Assembly (NCBI RefSeq): GCF_018350175.1 | Contig: NC_058373.1 | Coordinates: 103,790,001-103,854,000, forward strand | Reading direction: 5' to 3' | DNA length: 64,000 bases | Origin: Felis catus | Lineage: Eukaryota | Part shown: piece after piece, positions 1 through 11,605 of the stretch | How positions within the stretch are numbered: position 1 is the stretch's first letter | How the letters are laid out: each line of letters begins with the position of its first letter | Position numbers and translations under genes: made by a program | The notes under the pieces: model-generated | The model's input: only the letters and a program-made list of their open reading frames with translations | Told to the model about the DNA's origin: nothing | Databases searched by the model: none

Positions 1-30
1 AACAAAACAAAACAAAACAAAACAAAACAA
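1..30. repeat. (AAAAC)n microsatellite
   Basis: Read directly. Confidence 0.95.
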
Positions 31-1239
31 GAGCAAGTAGATACTTGCCATAGAATCCAAGAAGGGGTCAGGATTTAGAAGCACCAGATATAATTGAAGA
101 GTAGATTGGGGTGGGGATTTTACACTGAAGAATGCCATCCTATATGTGGCTGCTCATACAGGAGCTGAGTGACCAGTTCTCCCTCAGACCAGCAGAAGTT
201 AGGATAGTGCCTCTCTGAAGAAAAAGGACCAGGGGGGGCTCTGGCCATAGACATGGGCTCATAAGACAAAGAGGAGGACAAGGGGGAAACATTCCACTGA
301 AAGACAGAGAAGATGATTGACAGTTTGCATGCTGAATCAGGACCACCCAGCCTCCCTCTCCTGCTCTCCCAGAATGCAGGTAAATGCAGGGAAATGCTTA
401 TGCAAGTAAATGCATTATAAGATGTTTATGCCTTATTCTTCATATGTCAAATACAGCCAGTAGAGCACAGACACCAACCAACTGGAATGAACACTGGCTT
501 TAGCACTGAGGTTAGATCTTGTAGGTGTTAACCCTATAGTTGCTAGTTGTGGGAAGTGGGGTTTCAGAAGGGTCAGGGTGGTAAAGTAAAAGGCAGTCTG
601 AGAGCTCAGGACAGTGGCTCTTTACCCCAGTAATAAGAGTTTCAATATTTTAACAACAAGTGTGTCTGCACTAGTGTGTCCCAGCCGAACATCAGCCTTG
701 TTCATACCTATAGGCAAGAAATTCTTCTCTGGTGAAACTGAATTTTTCTCTGATGAAAATCTGAAAACTTAGGGTCCCTAAATATAAAAGCCAGGTCACG
801 CCCAATCATCTGACAGCGAACCCCAGTAGTCAACAAAACTGCCCATGCACACAGAGCTTCCAACTGGCTTCTAGTACCTCCAGTTTAAATAGGAATGGAC
901 ATGCCCGGACCATTCCACTTTTGAAGGAAGCCCGTGCCATTAAAGACGGAGACCAAACAAAGGAAATACAGAACTCAGAGGAAACAGACATGAGGCAGGG
1001 AACAGGGGGTTAAAAAAAAAAAAAAGACTTCCAGTTATAGAATTAATATCTTTAGAGGGCTAAATAAAGAACTTGCAACCAGAGAAGAAAAACAACCACA
1101 AAAGCATATATGCCATTCACGTATTCAACAATTGTTTATTTAGCATGTACTATATATATATCACCCTGTTTCAGTGATCACTTCCTATTTTCTGCCCTCC
1201 TGCCACCCCCACAGCCACAGCCCTAGAGGCATGCTTATC

Positions 1240-1740
1240 ACTTCTCAGCTGAACGTTAGCAATTGACTTCCAATTCATTTCCCTGTCTCTAGTCTTGCTC
1301 TCCTATAATCCACCATTTACATTTAGAAGGTAAACTCCCAGGATCTATGGGATTTCCACTGCTCAGAGAAAAGAGCCCAGAAACCTTAGCTCTGCACACA
1401 CAGCCTCCAACTCGGCAGTACTAAAGCACTTGACATTCCCCTAAACGTGTTGACATTTCCCAGCTTCGTGTCTTTGAGATCCTTCTGCCTGAAATCACCT
1501 TCCTTAACTCGTCCACATTGAGAGACAGCTCCTCTCATGTCACCCTAACACCAGGTAGCACTGAACATGCTCTGCTCACTGTCACTGTACCGTGGACTTT
1601 GTGCTCTTCCCTGTCACGGAAATGTTGTCCCTCAAGGCTCGGGACTTTGCCTCATTTGGATCCTCGTGACCTTGCCCAGTGCTCGACACCTGGTAGAGTG
1701 ATGTTCTTAGGCTAGACAGGTGGGTGGGTGGATGAATTTA
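1240..1740 (+). mobile_element. Ancient L2 LINE 3' fragment
   Basis: Degenerate resemblance to the L2 3' end, finishing in a TGGA/TGAA-type tail. Confidence 0.5.
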
Positions 1741-2109
1741 GGAACTGAGCTGTGTCTTATGGGGTGAATAGAATCTGGACTGGCAGAAAGAAAAAAGGAA
1801 GGCATTCCAAAGCGGGAGAATGTAATGAGTGTTCAGGTGGAAGCAGGGACAGGCACGGTGAAAACACTACCCAGCCTAGAACACAGGATGGGAGCTAGGC
1901 AGAGGAGAGTCCGCGAAGCCTCGGAACAGGAGTTTGGTTTAGATATGGCAGAGCATAGAAGCTGTTGTTAAAATGGTTTGCAGGTCTTTGAGTAACTACA
2001 GCTTTGAGTTAGTCCAATGAATCTGTCGTGAAGCCTGGTGGAGACCCCCCAAAAAGCGAAATGTATAAAGAGCAACATGTGTGAACCCTGAGTGCGTACA
2101 AGACGTATC

Positions 2110-2290
2110 ATGCGGAATATCTTAGGTCAGACTCATTTCCTTCTCATGAGGCAGGAATCATTACCCCCATGCTGGACACGAAGGGACTGAGACTTGAAGA
2201 AGTTAAGGAGCTTGCCAAAGACCACAGCAAATGCCAGTAAACTTGAATCCAGATCTAGCTCACCACAAATACTGTATTCTTTGAACTCTG
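2110..2290 (-). mobile_element. MIR fragment
   Basis: gggactgagacttgaagaagttaaggagcttgccaaagaccacag resembles the reverse MIR core. Confidence 0.6.
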
Positions 2291-2479
2291 TATTCTAACT
2301 GTATTCAATAACTCTGATTGATATAGAAATCTAGGTCATTTCCATACTTGACCCAAAATGTGACAACTCTGCTGAAGTAAACACCATTTAAATTAATTTC
2401 TGGCTTTAAGGTCTGGTGTATTTTATTTACAAGCAAGCAAGAAAACACTTGGTATGATGTAAACAATCACATAATTTCT

Positions 2480-2610
2480 TCGGCCTTAGTTTACTCATCT
2501 ATAAACAAATGATTACCTCATAGAGTTGCTACGGGGGGCTAATGAGTTAGTGAATTTAAAGTGCTTAGCTAGTATTTGATACATCCCAATACTTGATAAA
2601 TATTAGCTAC
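2480..2610 (+). mobile_element. MIR fragment
   Basis: ccttagtttactcatctataaa...tacctcatagagttg...taaagtgcttag. Confidence 0.7.
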
Positions 2611-2687
2611 CGTCATTACGTTTGTTTTACTAACTTAATAATACCATTCATGTAATAACTTTAATCCTTTAAATGTTTTACGAAACG

Positions 2688-2902
2688 AGCTAAGAGAATA
2701 GGTCTTAAATGTCCTCACCACAAAAAAGAAATGGCAGTTCTGTGACATGATACAGATGTTAGCTAATGCTATGGTGATAATCATTTTACAATATACGAGT
2801 ATAATATCAACACTGTTGTGCACCTTAAACTTACACAATGTTGCATGTAAACTGTATTTCAATAAAGCTGGAGAATAAAAAAAAGTAATAAAATAAAATA
2901 AA
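2688..2902 (+). mobile_element. Old L1 3' end with poly(A) remnant
   Basis: tcttaaatgtcctcaccacaaaaaa...caccttaaacttacacaatgttg...tttcaataaagctgg followed by an A-rich tail. Confidence 0.85.
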
Positions 2903-5900
2903 CATGAGATAAAATGTTTCTCTTCAGGACACAAAACCTTCACATCTTGCATTACATACAAGAATTACTTTGCAAGTTAATATTTTGAAATTATAGGCAA
3001 TATACAAGTGAATCTTCTTTATACACTCTTACTACATAAATGGCTGTGCTACAGTCAAATATATTAAAATTACTCACTAGAAACCAGAGCCACCATTTCC
3101 ATCACAGTGATTTCCTAAGCCATCCCACAAAATACAAAATCAGACACATAATGAGGCACTGCTTTTGAACTTCTTATAAGCCCAAAAGGTACTGCACCTT
3201 GTTTACTTGACAGCTCAGCCATTAATTTCAGAAAGGCTAAAATGAATAACCACCCAGGTTACAGTTGCCTTGCAGGGATCCCTCTGCTATAATCTCATAG
3301 TTTTTTCACCTAATTAATTTCCCCTTTCCTTACACCAGAGTTTCATGAGTGTATCTTGTTTGGAGGAGATTAAGAGCCACACGCTTCATTAGCAAGGTGT
3401 AAATTATCAGCGAGGCCCTCTCCATCCACCTGCTTAATCGGGTTAATGAAGCACCTCTGCAGGCCCTTCCTAGTGCCGCCCTCTCCATGCTCTCTGCAGG
3501 TTTCACCTCCCTCGGCTGCTGGAAAAACAGGGAAGTGTTTAAAGGTGCTACCGGCCTGCTCTATTTCCAACAAGGGAAACCTTGACACCAAAATTCAGCT
3601 TAGCTTTGGTCTTCTGAAAGACAAAAATTGTTGCTTGGGGAAAATTACCAACAGGTGTTTCCACTTTTGCCTTCCTGTCTCCTGCTCTTTCAGACAGTTT
3701 GCCCTGAGTGGGGCTTGAGTCAACTCTTGAGATTAGGGTTGTGACCATCGAATAGAGAGTCCTAATCTCCCTTTAGGCCTCTTGAATATCAGTGCAAATG
3801 TCAGGAAAGTAAGCTCCATCATGGTTTTTTCTGGTTATCTCTGCTTTGGAGATCATCAGGGTAGCTTTTTCTTTTTCATCATTTCTAAGTTCTTGAGTGT
3901 TGACTTAAAACCTCTGCCAAGAAATTTTTTTAAATGTGATGCATCACGGTTAGCTGTGTGTAAGCTGGTCATTTCTACAATATCCTTACTCATAAAGGAA
4001 TGTTCGTGGTGGCTCCTTAAGCCCTCCGAGTGATCTGCAAGCTTACTTGGAGCATGCTGATCTTACACCTATAAAGACAGAACGAGACAACTACGTGCAT
4101 CCAAGGTAAACATTTACTGGAACACTCTTAAATGGGCTTCTGTTCTACTCCCCATTGCCAGGGGTAAAGCTAGCGGCTTCACGGCTTCCTCAGGTCTGTA
4201 GCTGAGCGGGAATGAACACTTGGGTCCCTTCTGGCATCCCCTCAGGCCAAATTTTCAATGAACTTAAAATTAATTAGAGGTCAAATTTGGATGTCAGTGA
4301 CTATCTCGGGAATTTTGTCCGAGAAAGAAGCCCATTGTGCTTAAATCCCCTGACCATATGAATTAAATCTCTTCTTAGAATTTGCCATTATCAGTTCACT
4401 GAATTGCCCATCCCCGACGGCCAATGAGAAATACTCCAGCTCCTGCTTTCTGAAACTCCCTAAAGTGTAAAGACAACATGCGTGGAGAGAAAGAAAAAAA
4501 AAAAAAATCCTTTACTAGATCAAGTTCTCCCTTTAACCATCTGTATACACTTTGATTCAAAGTGAATGGGGTTGGGGGGTGGGAGAAGAAGAAAGTCAGA
4601 AGTAGAAGAGGATCCATAAGTACATTCAACTTGTGTGCTTGTTTTGGGTATTCAGGTGGAAACTACCAAGTACAGGTGTGCTAAAGGCTTTAGTTTCTAC
4701 TAGAATATGTATACTCTTCAGTTTATGCAACCTTCAGCACACTGCAATTTGAGCTTTTAAAACCATGTCTCATACGATTAATGCCATCCCTCAAACATAA
4801 ATACACACACACACACGTACACAAGCACACGTATAGTCCTACGTTTCACAGGAATCCTTCCTTCAGCCTCTTCTGATAGGGCAATTTAAGGTGAATTATA
4901 TGAATAAGCAGATTGGTCCATCCGTAATGTCAACACCGATAATGCAAATACAGTAGAGGATTTTAGGCACGTAGGTTTTTCTTTTATTATTAATGAAAAG
5001 TAATCAAATGACAACTGAATGTGTTTCCATTCAGGCCAGGGAGACAGTGTTAACATTAATGTCGGGATCTGTTTATCTTCGCACTCAGTTGTGTGGTTGC
5101 AATTATTACGTTGTTCAGATAAGAAACCTTTACTTTTGCAGCAGCTCCCTCATTTACTTCCTTTATAATCACTCCCATTACAGTCACAACTACCCACGTC
5201 TGATGTAATAATTCTCTTTGCAGCCGTGCAATCTCTAAGACAACATTCATTAACATGCACCACGCTGACCTGAGTGTGTGCTATGCACCAAGAAGTGCCC
5301 AGGGCTGCTTGGCAGTCAGGGGTCAGCAGATAACTCTGCCACCCAAAATGTGCTAGAAAGCAACGTCCTGCCTCCTCTCCACATAAGGAATACTTAGGCC
5401 CCTCTTTTCTCTGTAAGCACACGGAAGTTCTCATTGGCTCCAGAATAAACCTAAGGAGAGAAGGTCGCCTTAAATTTCATATCTGGATGATGGCTGCACA
5501 TAGGACATGTTCCAGAATCTGATCTGTACCTCTTCCACACAATGTTTGTGAAGGCAACCCAGTGAGAAGAGACATCTCCCTGCATCCCAGGCACTATCTA
5601 TGTTTGGACCGTTCTCCACCTTGGGAACCATAAATGTCAGCCCCACGTCAATTGCACCGAAAGTCTGCGTTAACGTAGACTGACAACTATGGGCATTATA
5701 ATCAGTGTGCAAGTAATATCAAAGGATAGGTGAGAAACTGGATCTTTTGGGAGAACCACCTGCGATGTCAAATGATTCCCAAGAATGTGAGGGCAATCAC
5801 ATGATGCTCAACTGCCTCAGAGCTGTGAAAGCTGACTCTATACTGTTTTTTTCCATAGGCACCTTAGTATATTTCTAGCTATAGAACTTTTAATAGCCAC

Positions 5901-7053
5901 TGGTGTTTTTATGCCTTCAAATTTTCATTAAATTAATTAATTAAATCTCACTAATTAAATAAAAATCAAATGCAACTTTGAAGTCTCTTAATTTTCTGCT
6001 ACCCTGAAAGCATGTTCTGACTTTCCAGATAAGATGATTACATTCCTTTATGATCAAACTTTCTCGCATTTCTGATAAGTGAGTCTGCATCAGGGAAGAA
6101 GAGGGAAAGAAAGCACATAACTTAGGAGAATGAGACTTTCCTGTTGAAGATAACTGCAAACCGGAGTGTCCCAGCTTAACTGCCTTGACTCATGTTTCAC
6201 AGTTCATAGGTGAATTGAAATTGCCTCCATTTATTCATTCAGCATTTGACAATCATTCACTGAACGTCAGTGCTCTGTGCTGAACGCAGCACTAGACAGT
6301 GGATATATGTAGATAAAGAACAACCATGTCCTCAAAGTGAGGCTCCCTCCCTCCAGGATAGGAGGTTCCTTTGGTGAACAGAAACCAATGGCTTCAAAGT
6401 CGCAAGGTATCTTAAACATCGGTAATTCAACCTCCCTTCTTTAAACTACAGGAATTCCTTCTACAAAACACATGACCAAAGTTTCAGCCTGTTTCTGCTT
6501 GACTAGTTCACAGATGGAGAGCTGACACCTCTGCAAGTCAACGCTTTCCCACTATTTGGTCACTCTCTGTGTTACTGAATTATTTCTTAGCATAAGCCCC
6601 GATTCTTCTCACTGTAACTCCATCCACCATCACCCCACTACCTTTCACTCTAGAATATAATTAATTCCTTCTTTACCTTTTCTGTGTATCACATATTTAC
6701 AGACAGTGATTATATCTTCCCTACTTATTAAGTATTCCAAATTTCTTCCAATGTTCTTCAACGGAGAGAATTTGCAAGTCACCGTGTTTTTCAAAGTCCT
6801 TCATAAAGTGTGAACCCAGACCTGGGTGCAGCTCTGCAGTTATGAGTGGAAGACTGTACTTCTACTAATTCAGTCTCCAGAGGCATTTCATGTGTATTTC
6901 TCGATTGGGAGTCTCTCACTTTTCCTGCACCCCAGGAGTTTTTAGAGCCCAAGCCATTCTTATCTGGCAACTGCCCCCCAAATCCTTTCTACATACTCCT
7001 CTTAGGGATGTCATTGTACTCCCAGGCACCTAGATGTGAAACCTTGAAGTCTT

Positions 7054-7263
7054 TTTTTTTTTTTAAGTTTATTTATTTATTTTGAGAGAGACAGAGAGAG
7101 TCCTAGTAGGGGAGGGGCAGAGAGAGAGAGGGAGAATCTCAAGCAGGCTCTGTGCTGTCGACGCAGAGCCCTACTCGGTGCTCCAACTCATGAACTGAGA
7201 TATCATGACCTGAGCCGAAATCAAGAGTCGGGCACTCAACCGACTGAGCCACCCAGGTGCCCC
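7054..7263 (-). mobile_element. CanSINE (felid type)
   Basis: tRNA-derived head, CT tract, A tail; TSD aaaccttgaagtctt at 7039 and 7264. Confidence 0.95.
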
Positions 7264-7311
7264 AAACCTTGAAGTCTTAAGTGGGTATTTATTATATCTC
7301 ACTTGGACTAT

Positions 7312-7430
7312 TTACTTATTTTTTTTTTAATTTTGCTTTTGAGTAAACTCTACATCCAATGTGGGGCTCAAACTCATGACCCCAAGATCAAGAGTCTCGT
7401 GCTCTACCGACCGAGCCAGCCAGGTGTCCC
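7312..7430 (-). mobile_element. Short CanSINE
   Basis: Reverse complement reads gggacacctggctggctcggtcggtagagcacgagactcttgatc. Confidence 0.9.
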
Positions 7431-8997
7431 TAGTTTGGGCTATGTAAATGGCTGCCAACCGGTCTTTCTGCCTTAAATCTCTCTGAGCTACAATCCATCC
7501 TTCAGCTACTACCACAGTCATCTTTGTAAGGAGGTACCTCTGATCATTTCGGTCCAAGCTGAGGTAAACTATGCATCTTTTTATACTTCCCCTCCACTTC
7601 TGTTGGAAATGTTTCAATTTCTTAACCAAATATACATATTTTTACTTGCCACATTTTATTTGTACTCCTATCACTACCATTAGGGTGATAACTGTGCAGT
7701 TATATTTACAACCTTGGTTAATACTCCACGTTCACTTTATTACTCATGTAGTCTATTGATATCGAACTATCGAGGGCCCTAAGAATTGGGTTTTTTTTAA
7801 CTTTCTATTCTGCTTTTCCTTCCATCACTGGGCACTTTTTCTAGTATAATATTTCTCCAAAGGCCACAACTTTTGTTGTCCATAGAATCAACAAAGAGAG
7901 TTACTGACCATAAGAGAAATAAAGATAAAATGCTATAAAAGAGGCAGAGTTTGAGTTGAGCCTTAAAGGATGGGTAGGACTCAGGGATTGCGATAGAAAA
8001 AAAGGCATTATTGGTGTCAGGATTTGCAAAGAATAAAATGGAAGCGGGCACAGAATTTTGATAGGTCTAATTGCCAAGAATATAAAGTGCATGAGAAAAG
8101 GATACATGGACCCTAAGAGAAAAAAAGGGATTGGATCTTAGTGTGCTTGAATGCCAAATGGTGGCATCTGATACCATTGGAATGACAAATTTATAATTTA
8201 CAGTGGTCAAAATTCTACCTGTGCCTCCAAACTTTGGATTCCCTATCTCTTCAAAATTGATAAAGATATATACTAGGTTAGGTTTACACTGTGTGGTTTG
8301 TTCTCATTTGAATCAGTTGAAGTAGATGGAGGGTAGTGGGCTTTATGACCCTTGCCACGTATCACCGATTCAGGAAGATGGGGACGCTGCCCACTCTGCC
8401 ACCACTTGACAGTCGCAGGCACAGATCCCTTCGTGCTCCTCAGTATGGTAACATCACAATGTGGTTCTTTCTGTTGGGGACAGCTACAGAATTTCTTCCA
8501 GTTGCTAAAACTTGCATGTACGTTTTTGGATTCTTCCAAGTTTTCTTGCCCCATCCTCTTCTGAACATCTCTGGGTCCACTCCACAAAGGAAGAACTTCT
8601 TACCTGCTGCAAGGCTCGAATGCTGCTAAGTTTCTCCTCTTCCTCCTCCTCTCTCCCTTTTATTATACTCCTTCACCATGTGCCTCTTGCCACTGATTTT
8701 GTGCCATTTCTGTGCACGGGACAATTTTTTCCATCTGGCTGACTTCTATCTCTGAGCACTCCAACCTCTTCAAAAGGCAGAAAATCTGTCCTTTCTAGAA
8801 CATGGATTCCTAATCTGAAGTTCAAAGGACCAATCCCCACATACACATATATAAGGTGTTTGTGCACAGAATTCTGGGGGAAGGGGCCATGAACTTAGAT
8901 GGAAGGAAAAAAAATCACACCTTTAATTGCACTCACCTCTTAGAGATATTTAGCATTTTCTTCCATTATGAATATAGGCAACAAACTTCAGTATCTT

Positions 8998-9228
8998 TTT
9001 TTTTTTTAATTAAAAAAAAAATTTTTTTTAACGTTTATTTATTTTTGAGACAGAGACAGAGCATGAACAGGGGAGGGTCAGAGACAGAGGGAGACACAGA
9101 ATCTGAAACAGGTTCCAGGCTCTGAGCTGTCAGCACAGAGCCCGACGCGGGGCTCGAACTCACGGACCGCGAGATCGTGACCTGAGCCGAAGTCAGCCGC
9201 TCAACCGACTGAGCCACCCAGGCGCCCC
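8998..9228 (-). mobile_element. CanSINE (young felid type)
   Basis: CpG-rich copy; perfect TSD aacaaacttcagtatctt at 8980 and 9229. Confidence 0.97.
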
Positions 9229-9416
9229 AACAAACTTCAGTATCTTAAGCAACACCTGTGACTTTGTCTTGAGTAGAGAGATCACAGATATTTTCGTCAT
9301 ATTTCAGTTGCAGATATCTCAAAATATTGTCTAGGCCCATCAAAACTTCAGAATTAAAGTCATTATTAGTCTCACTGCTAGATCTTATTTTTAAGGCATT
9401 AAAAAGGAAAGGTACA

Positions 9417-9545
9417 GGGGCTCCTGGCTGACTCTGTCGATAGAGCATGCAACTCAGTGTCGGGGTCTGAGTTCTAGTCCCACCTTGGATATAGGGATTA
9501 CTTAAATAAATAAAACTTTATTTATTTATTTATTTATTTATTTAG
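9417..9545 (+). mobile_element. Short CanSINE with (TTTA)n in the tail
   Basis: ggggctcctggctgactctgtcgatagagcatgcaactc head. Confidence 0.85.
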
Positions 9546-9661
9546 AAAGGCACCTATTACTATATCACAACTTTTTTCTTTTTACTATTTTGATAAACCA
9601 TATTTCAACTAATTGGTTTCCTTTGCAATTCTGTTATTTTTAATGCATTTAAAAATGTTCT

Positions 9662-9772
9662 GGGGTGTCTGACTGGCTCAGTCAGAAGAGTCTGTGACTC
9701 TTGATCTCAGGGTTATGAGGTCAAGCCCCAGGTTGGGCCTAGAGCCTGCTTAAAAACAAACAAACAAAAAAA
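9662..9772 (+). mobile_element. Short CanSINE directly upstream of the RPLP2 retrocopy
   Basis: ggggtgtctgactggctcagtcagaagag...tcaagcccc head with an A-rich tail. Confidence 0.9.
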
Positions 9773-9774
9773 CC

Positions 9775-10200
9775 CTTCAGTCTCTGACACCGCAGGAGAT
9801 GTGTTACATTGCCTCTTACCTGCTGACGTCCTCTAGGGCAATGCCTCCCCCCAGTGCCAAGGACATCAAGAAGATTCTGGACAGCATGGGCATTGAGGCG
9901 GATGACGACCTGCTTGACAAGGTCATCTGTGAGTTGACCGGAAAAAGCATTGAAGACATCATGGCCCAGGGTATTGGCAAGTTGGCCAGTGTGACCGCTG
10001 GTGGGGCTGTGGCTATCCGTGCCTCCCCAGGATCTGCAGCTCCTGCTGCTGGTTCCATCCCAGCTGCATCAGAGGAGAAGAAGGATGAGAAGGAAGAGTT
10101 AGAGGAGTTGGACAATGACACGGGATTCGACTTGTTCCATTATAGTCCCGCTGTCCTGTAAACAAAACCCTTTTTTACATACATACATACATACATACTT
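9775..10200 (+). pseudogene. RPLP2: Processed pseudogene of 60S acidic ribosomal protein P2 (ORF 9799-10161)
   Basis: Intronless; PSAKDIKKILDSMGIEADDD...IAQGIGKLASV-like...EEKKDEKEE...GFDLF matches RPLP2 with many substitutions, a local frameshift pair, a lost stop, a decayed poly(A) signal and a (TACA)n tail remnant. Confidence 0.95.
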
Positions 10201-10344
10201 TAAAAAAGTGTTCTGCGCAGTCTATGAACATTACCAGACTGCCAAAGGAGTCCAAAGCACAGAAAAGGATTAGGATCCCTGCCCTGGAGGGAAACCCCAC
10301 TGCATTTAGAGTACATATATTTTTGTTTTATAGTACGTGTGACT

Positions 10345-10458
10345 GGGGGCGCTTGGCTGGCTCAGTCAGAAGAGCATGCAACTCTTGATCTTGGGGTTTT
10401 GAGTTTGAGCCCCACATTGGGTGCAGAGATGACTTAAATAAATAAAAACTGTTTAAAA
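10345..10458 (+). mobile_element. Short CanSINE
   Basis: gggggcgcttggctggctcagtcagaagagcatgcaactcttgatc. Confidence 0.9.
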
Positions 10459-10529
10459 CTAGAGTACATATAATTGGTGAATGCTCTTGAAAGAAGACAC
10501 ACTTACCCGGCTATTCTTCCAGCAAGGGA

Positions 10530-10740
10530 AAAATGGCTAAGAGCATGGACTGAATCCAGGTTTCAAATTCCAACTCTATCATTTCCTGGGGTTGCAGCAC
10601 TGGATCTATCCTCAAAACTCTGTGTCTATGAACTTACCTAAGATAAAACATAGGTTGTAAAGTTTAAGTGAAATTTTATATCTAAGTGATTAGCAAGTAC
10701 CTGGTACATAGCATTCAGTAGATAAAATACAGCTATCGTT
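10530..10740 (+). mobile_element. MIR fragment
   Basis: ggtttcaaattccaactctatcatttcct...tacctggtacatag. Confidence 0.6.
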
Positions 10741-10979
10741 AATAACAATTATAGTCAATTATTATCATAGATGATAGCAATATTAGTACTATCATTGATT
10801 ATTAGTATTAATTGCTAATATAGTTATGGTTTATCACAATGACTATGATCCCTTGCTAAAGCATTTTAATTACCATTTAACATCAGCGACTATGATCCCC
10901 TCAATTCTGCCACGACATGTCTTTGTCTCAAAATGTTCATCATTAAAAGTCTTCTGCAAAAGAGTGATAATGAAAAGCC

Positions 10980-11440
10980 CATTCAATTCAACTAATATTA
11001 AGGTACGATTGTGTGTGCTGTGCTCTATACTGGGTGCTGAGGTTGTAAGATGGCTAAGGCTTGGCTGGCCCCCTGCCCTGGGTAGCTCGTGGTCTAGCTG
11101 GAAAGACAATCATGTAAACAAACAGTTATGATAACTTATAATAAGTGCTAAACATTAGTCCTAGCAAAGTGCTGTGAGAACCTGGTAGACAGAGGGATTA
11201 GCTGACCAAGGAGGCAGCAGCTGAGCTGGAAGTCTTCACAGAGATGGTGATATTTGAGCTGTCTGGAAGGATGAGTAATGGTTTAGGAGGCAGAAAAGGT
11301 ATAATGTGAGTCAAAGCCCAAGTTGGAAAATTGCAAAGGAATGCCAAGAACAAAAGTTTTGCTAGAATGTAGGGCGCGGGGTGAGGAGTGAATCGAGATG
11401 AAGCTAAAAGGGCATTTACCACCTGGGCCAGGCCAAGTGT
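10980..11440 (-). mobile_element. L2 fragment
   Basis: attcaattcaac...tactgggtgctgagg...cccctgccctgggtagctc resembles the reverse L2 3' end. Confidence 0.55.
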
Positions 11441-11446
11441 TGTAGA

Positions 11447-11605
11447 GACTTGCCGTTCAAAATGTGGTCCCAGGACCTGCAGCATCTGCCTGAGATGTTG
11501 TTAAAAATGCAAATTCTTGGGCCTCACCCCCAGACCGACCAGAACAGAATCTGCATTCTGAAAACCCCAGATGATTTGTATGCGCATTAAAGTTCGAAAA
11601 GCGCT
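11447..11605. mobile_element. MER5-type hAT MITE
   Basis: tcaaaatgtggtccc...cagcatc...aaatgcaaattcttgggcctcacccccagac...cattaaagttcgaaaagcgctg. Confidence 0.8.

Larger units (their letters stand above)
8801..10281. mobile_element. hAT/Charlie-like DNA transposon fossil interrupted by later insertions
   Basis: Imperfect terminal inverted repeats catggattcctaatc (8801) and gattaggatccctg (10268-10281). Confidence 0.55.

Noticed and set aside
30..1100. Possible ancient L1/HAL1 5' region
   Set aside because: Composition is suggestive but too degenerate to call without RepeatMasker.
8273..8742. Cluster of overlapping ORFs as a possible second pseudogene
   Set aside because: No frame resembles a protein I recognise; no poly(A) tail or TSD.
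9035..9217. Recurrent short ORFs such as MAQSVERLTSAQVTIS (also 15685, 54038, 61165, 62484)
   Set aside because: Translations of CanSINE bodies, not genes.
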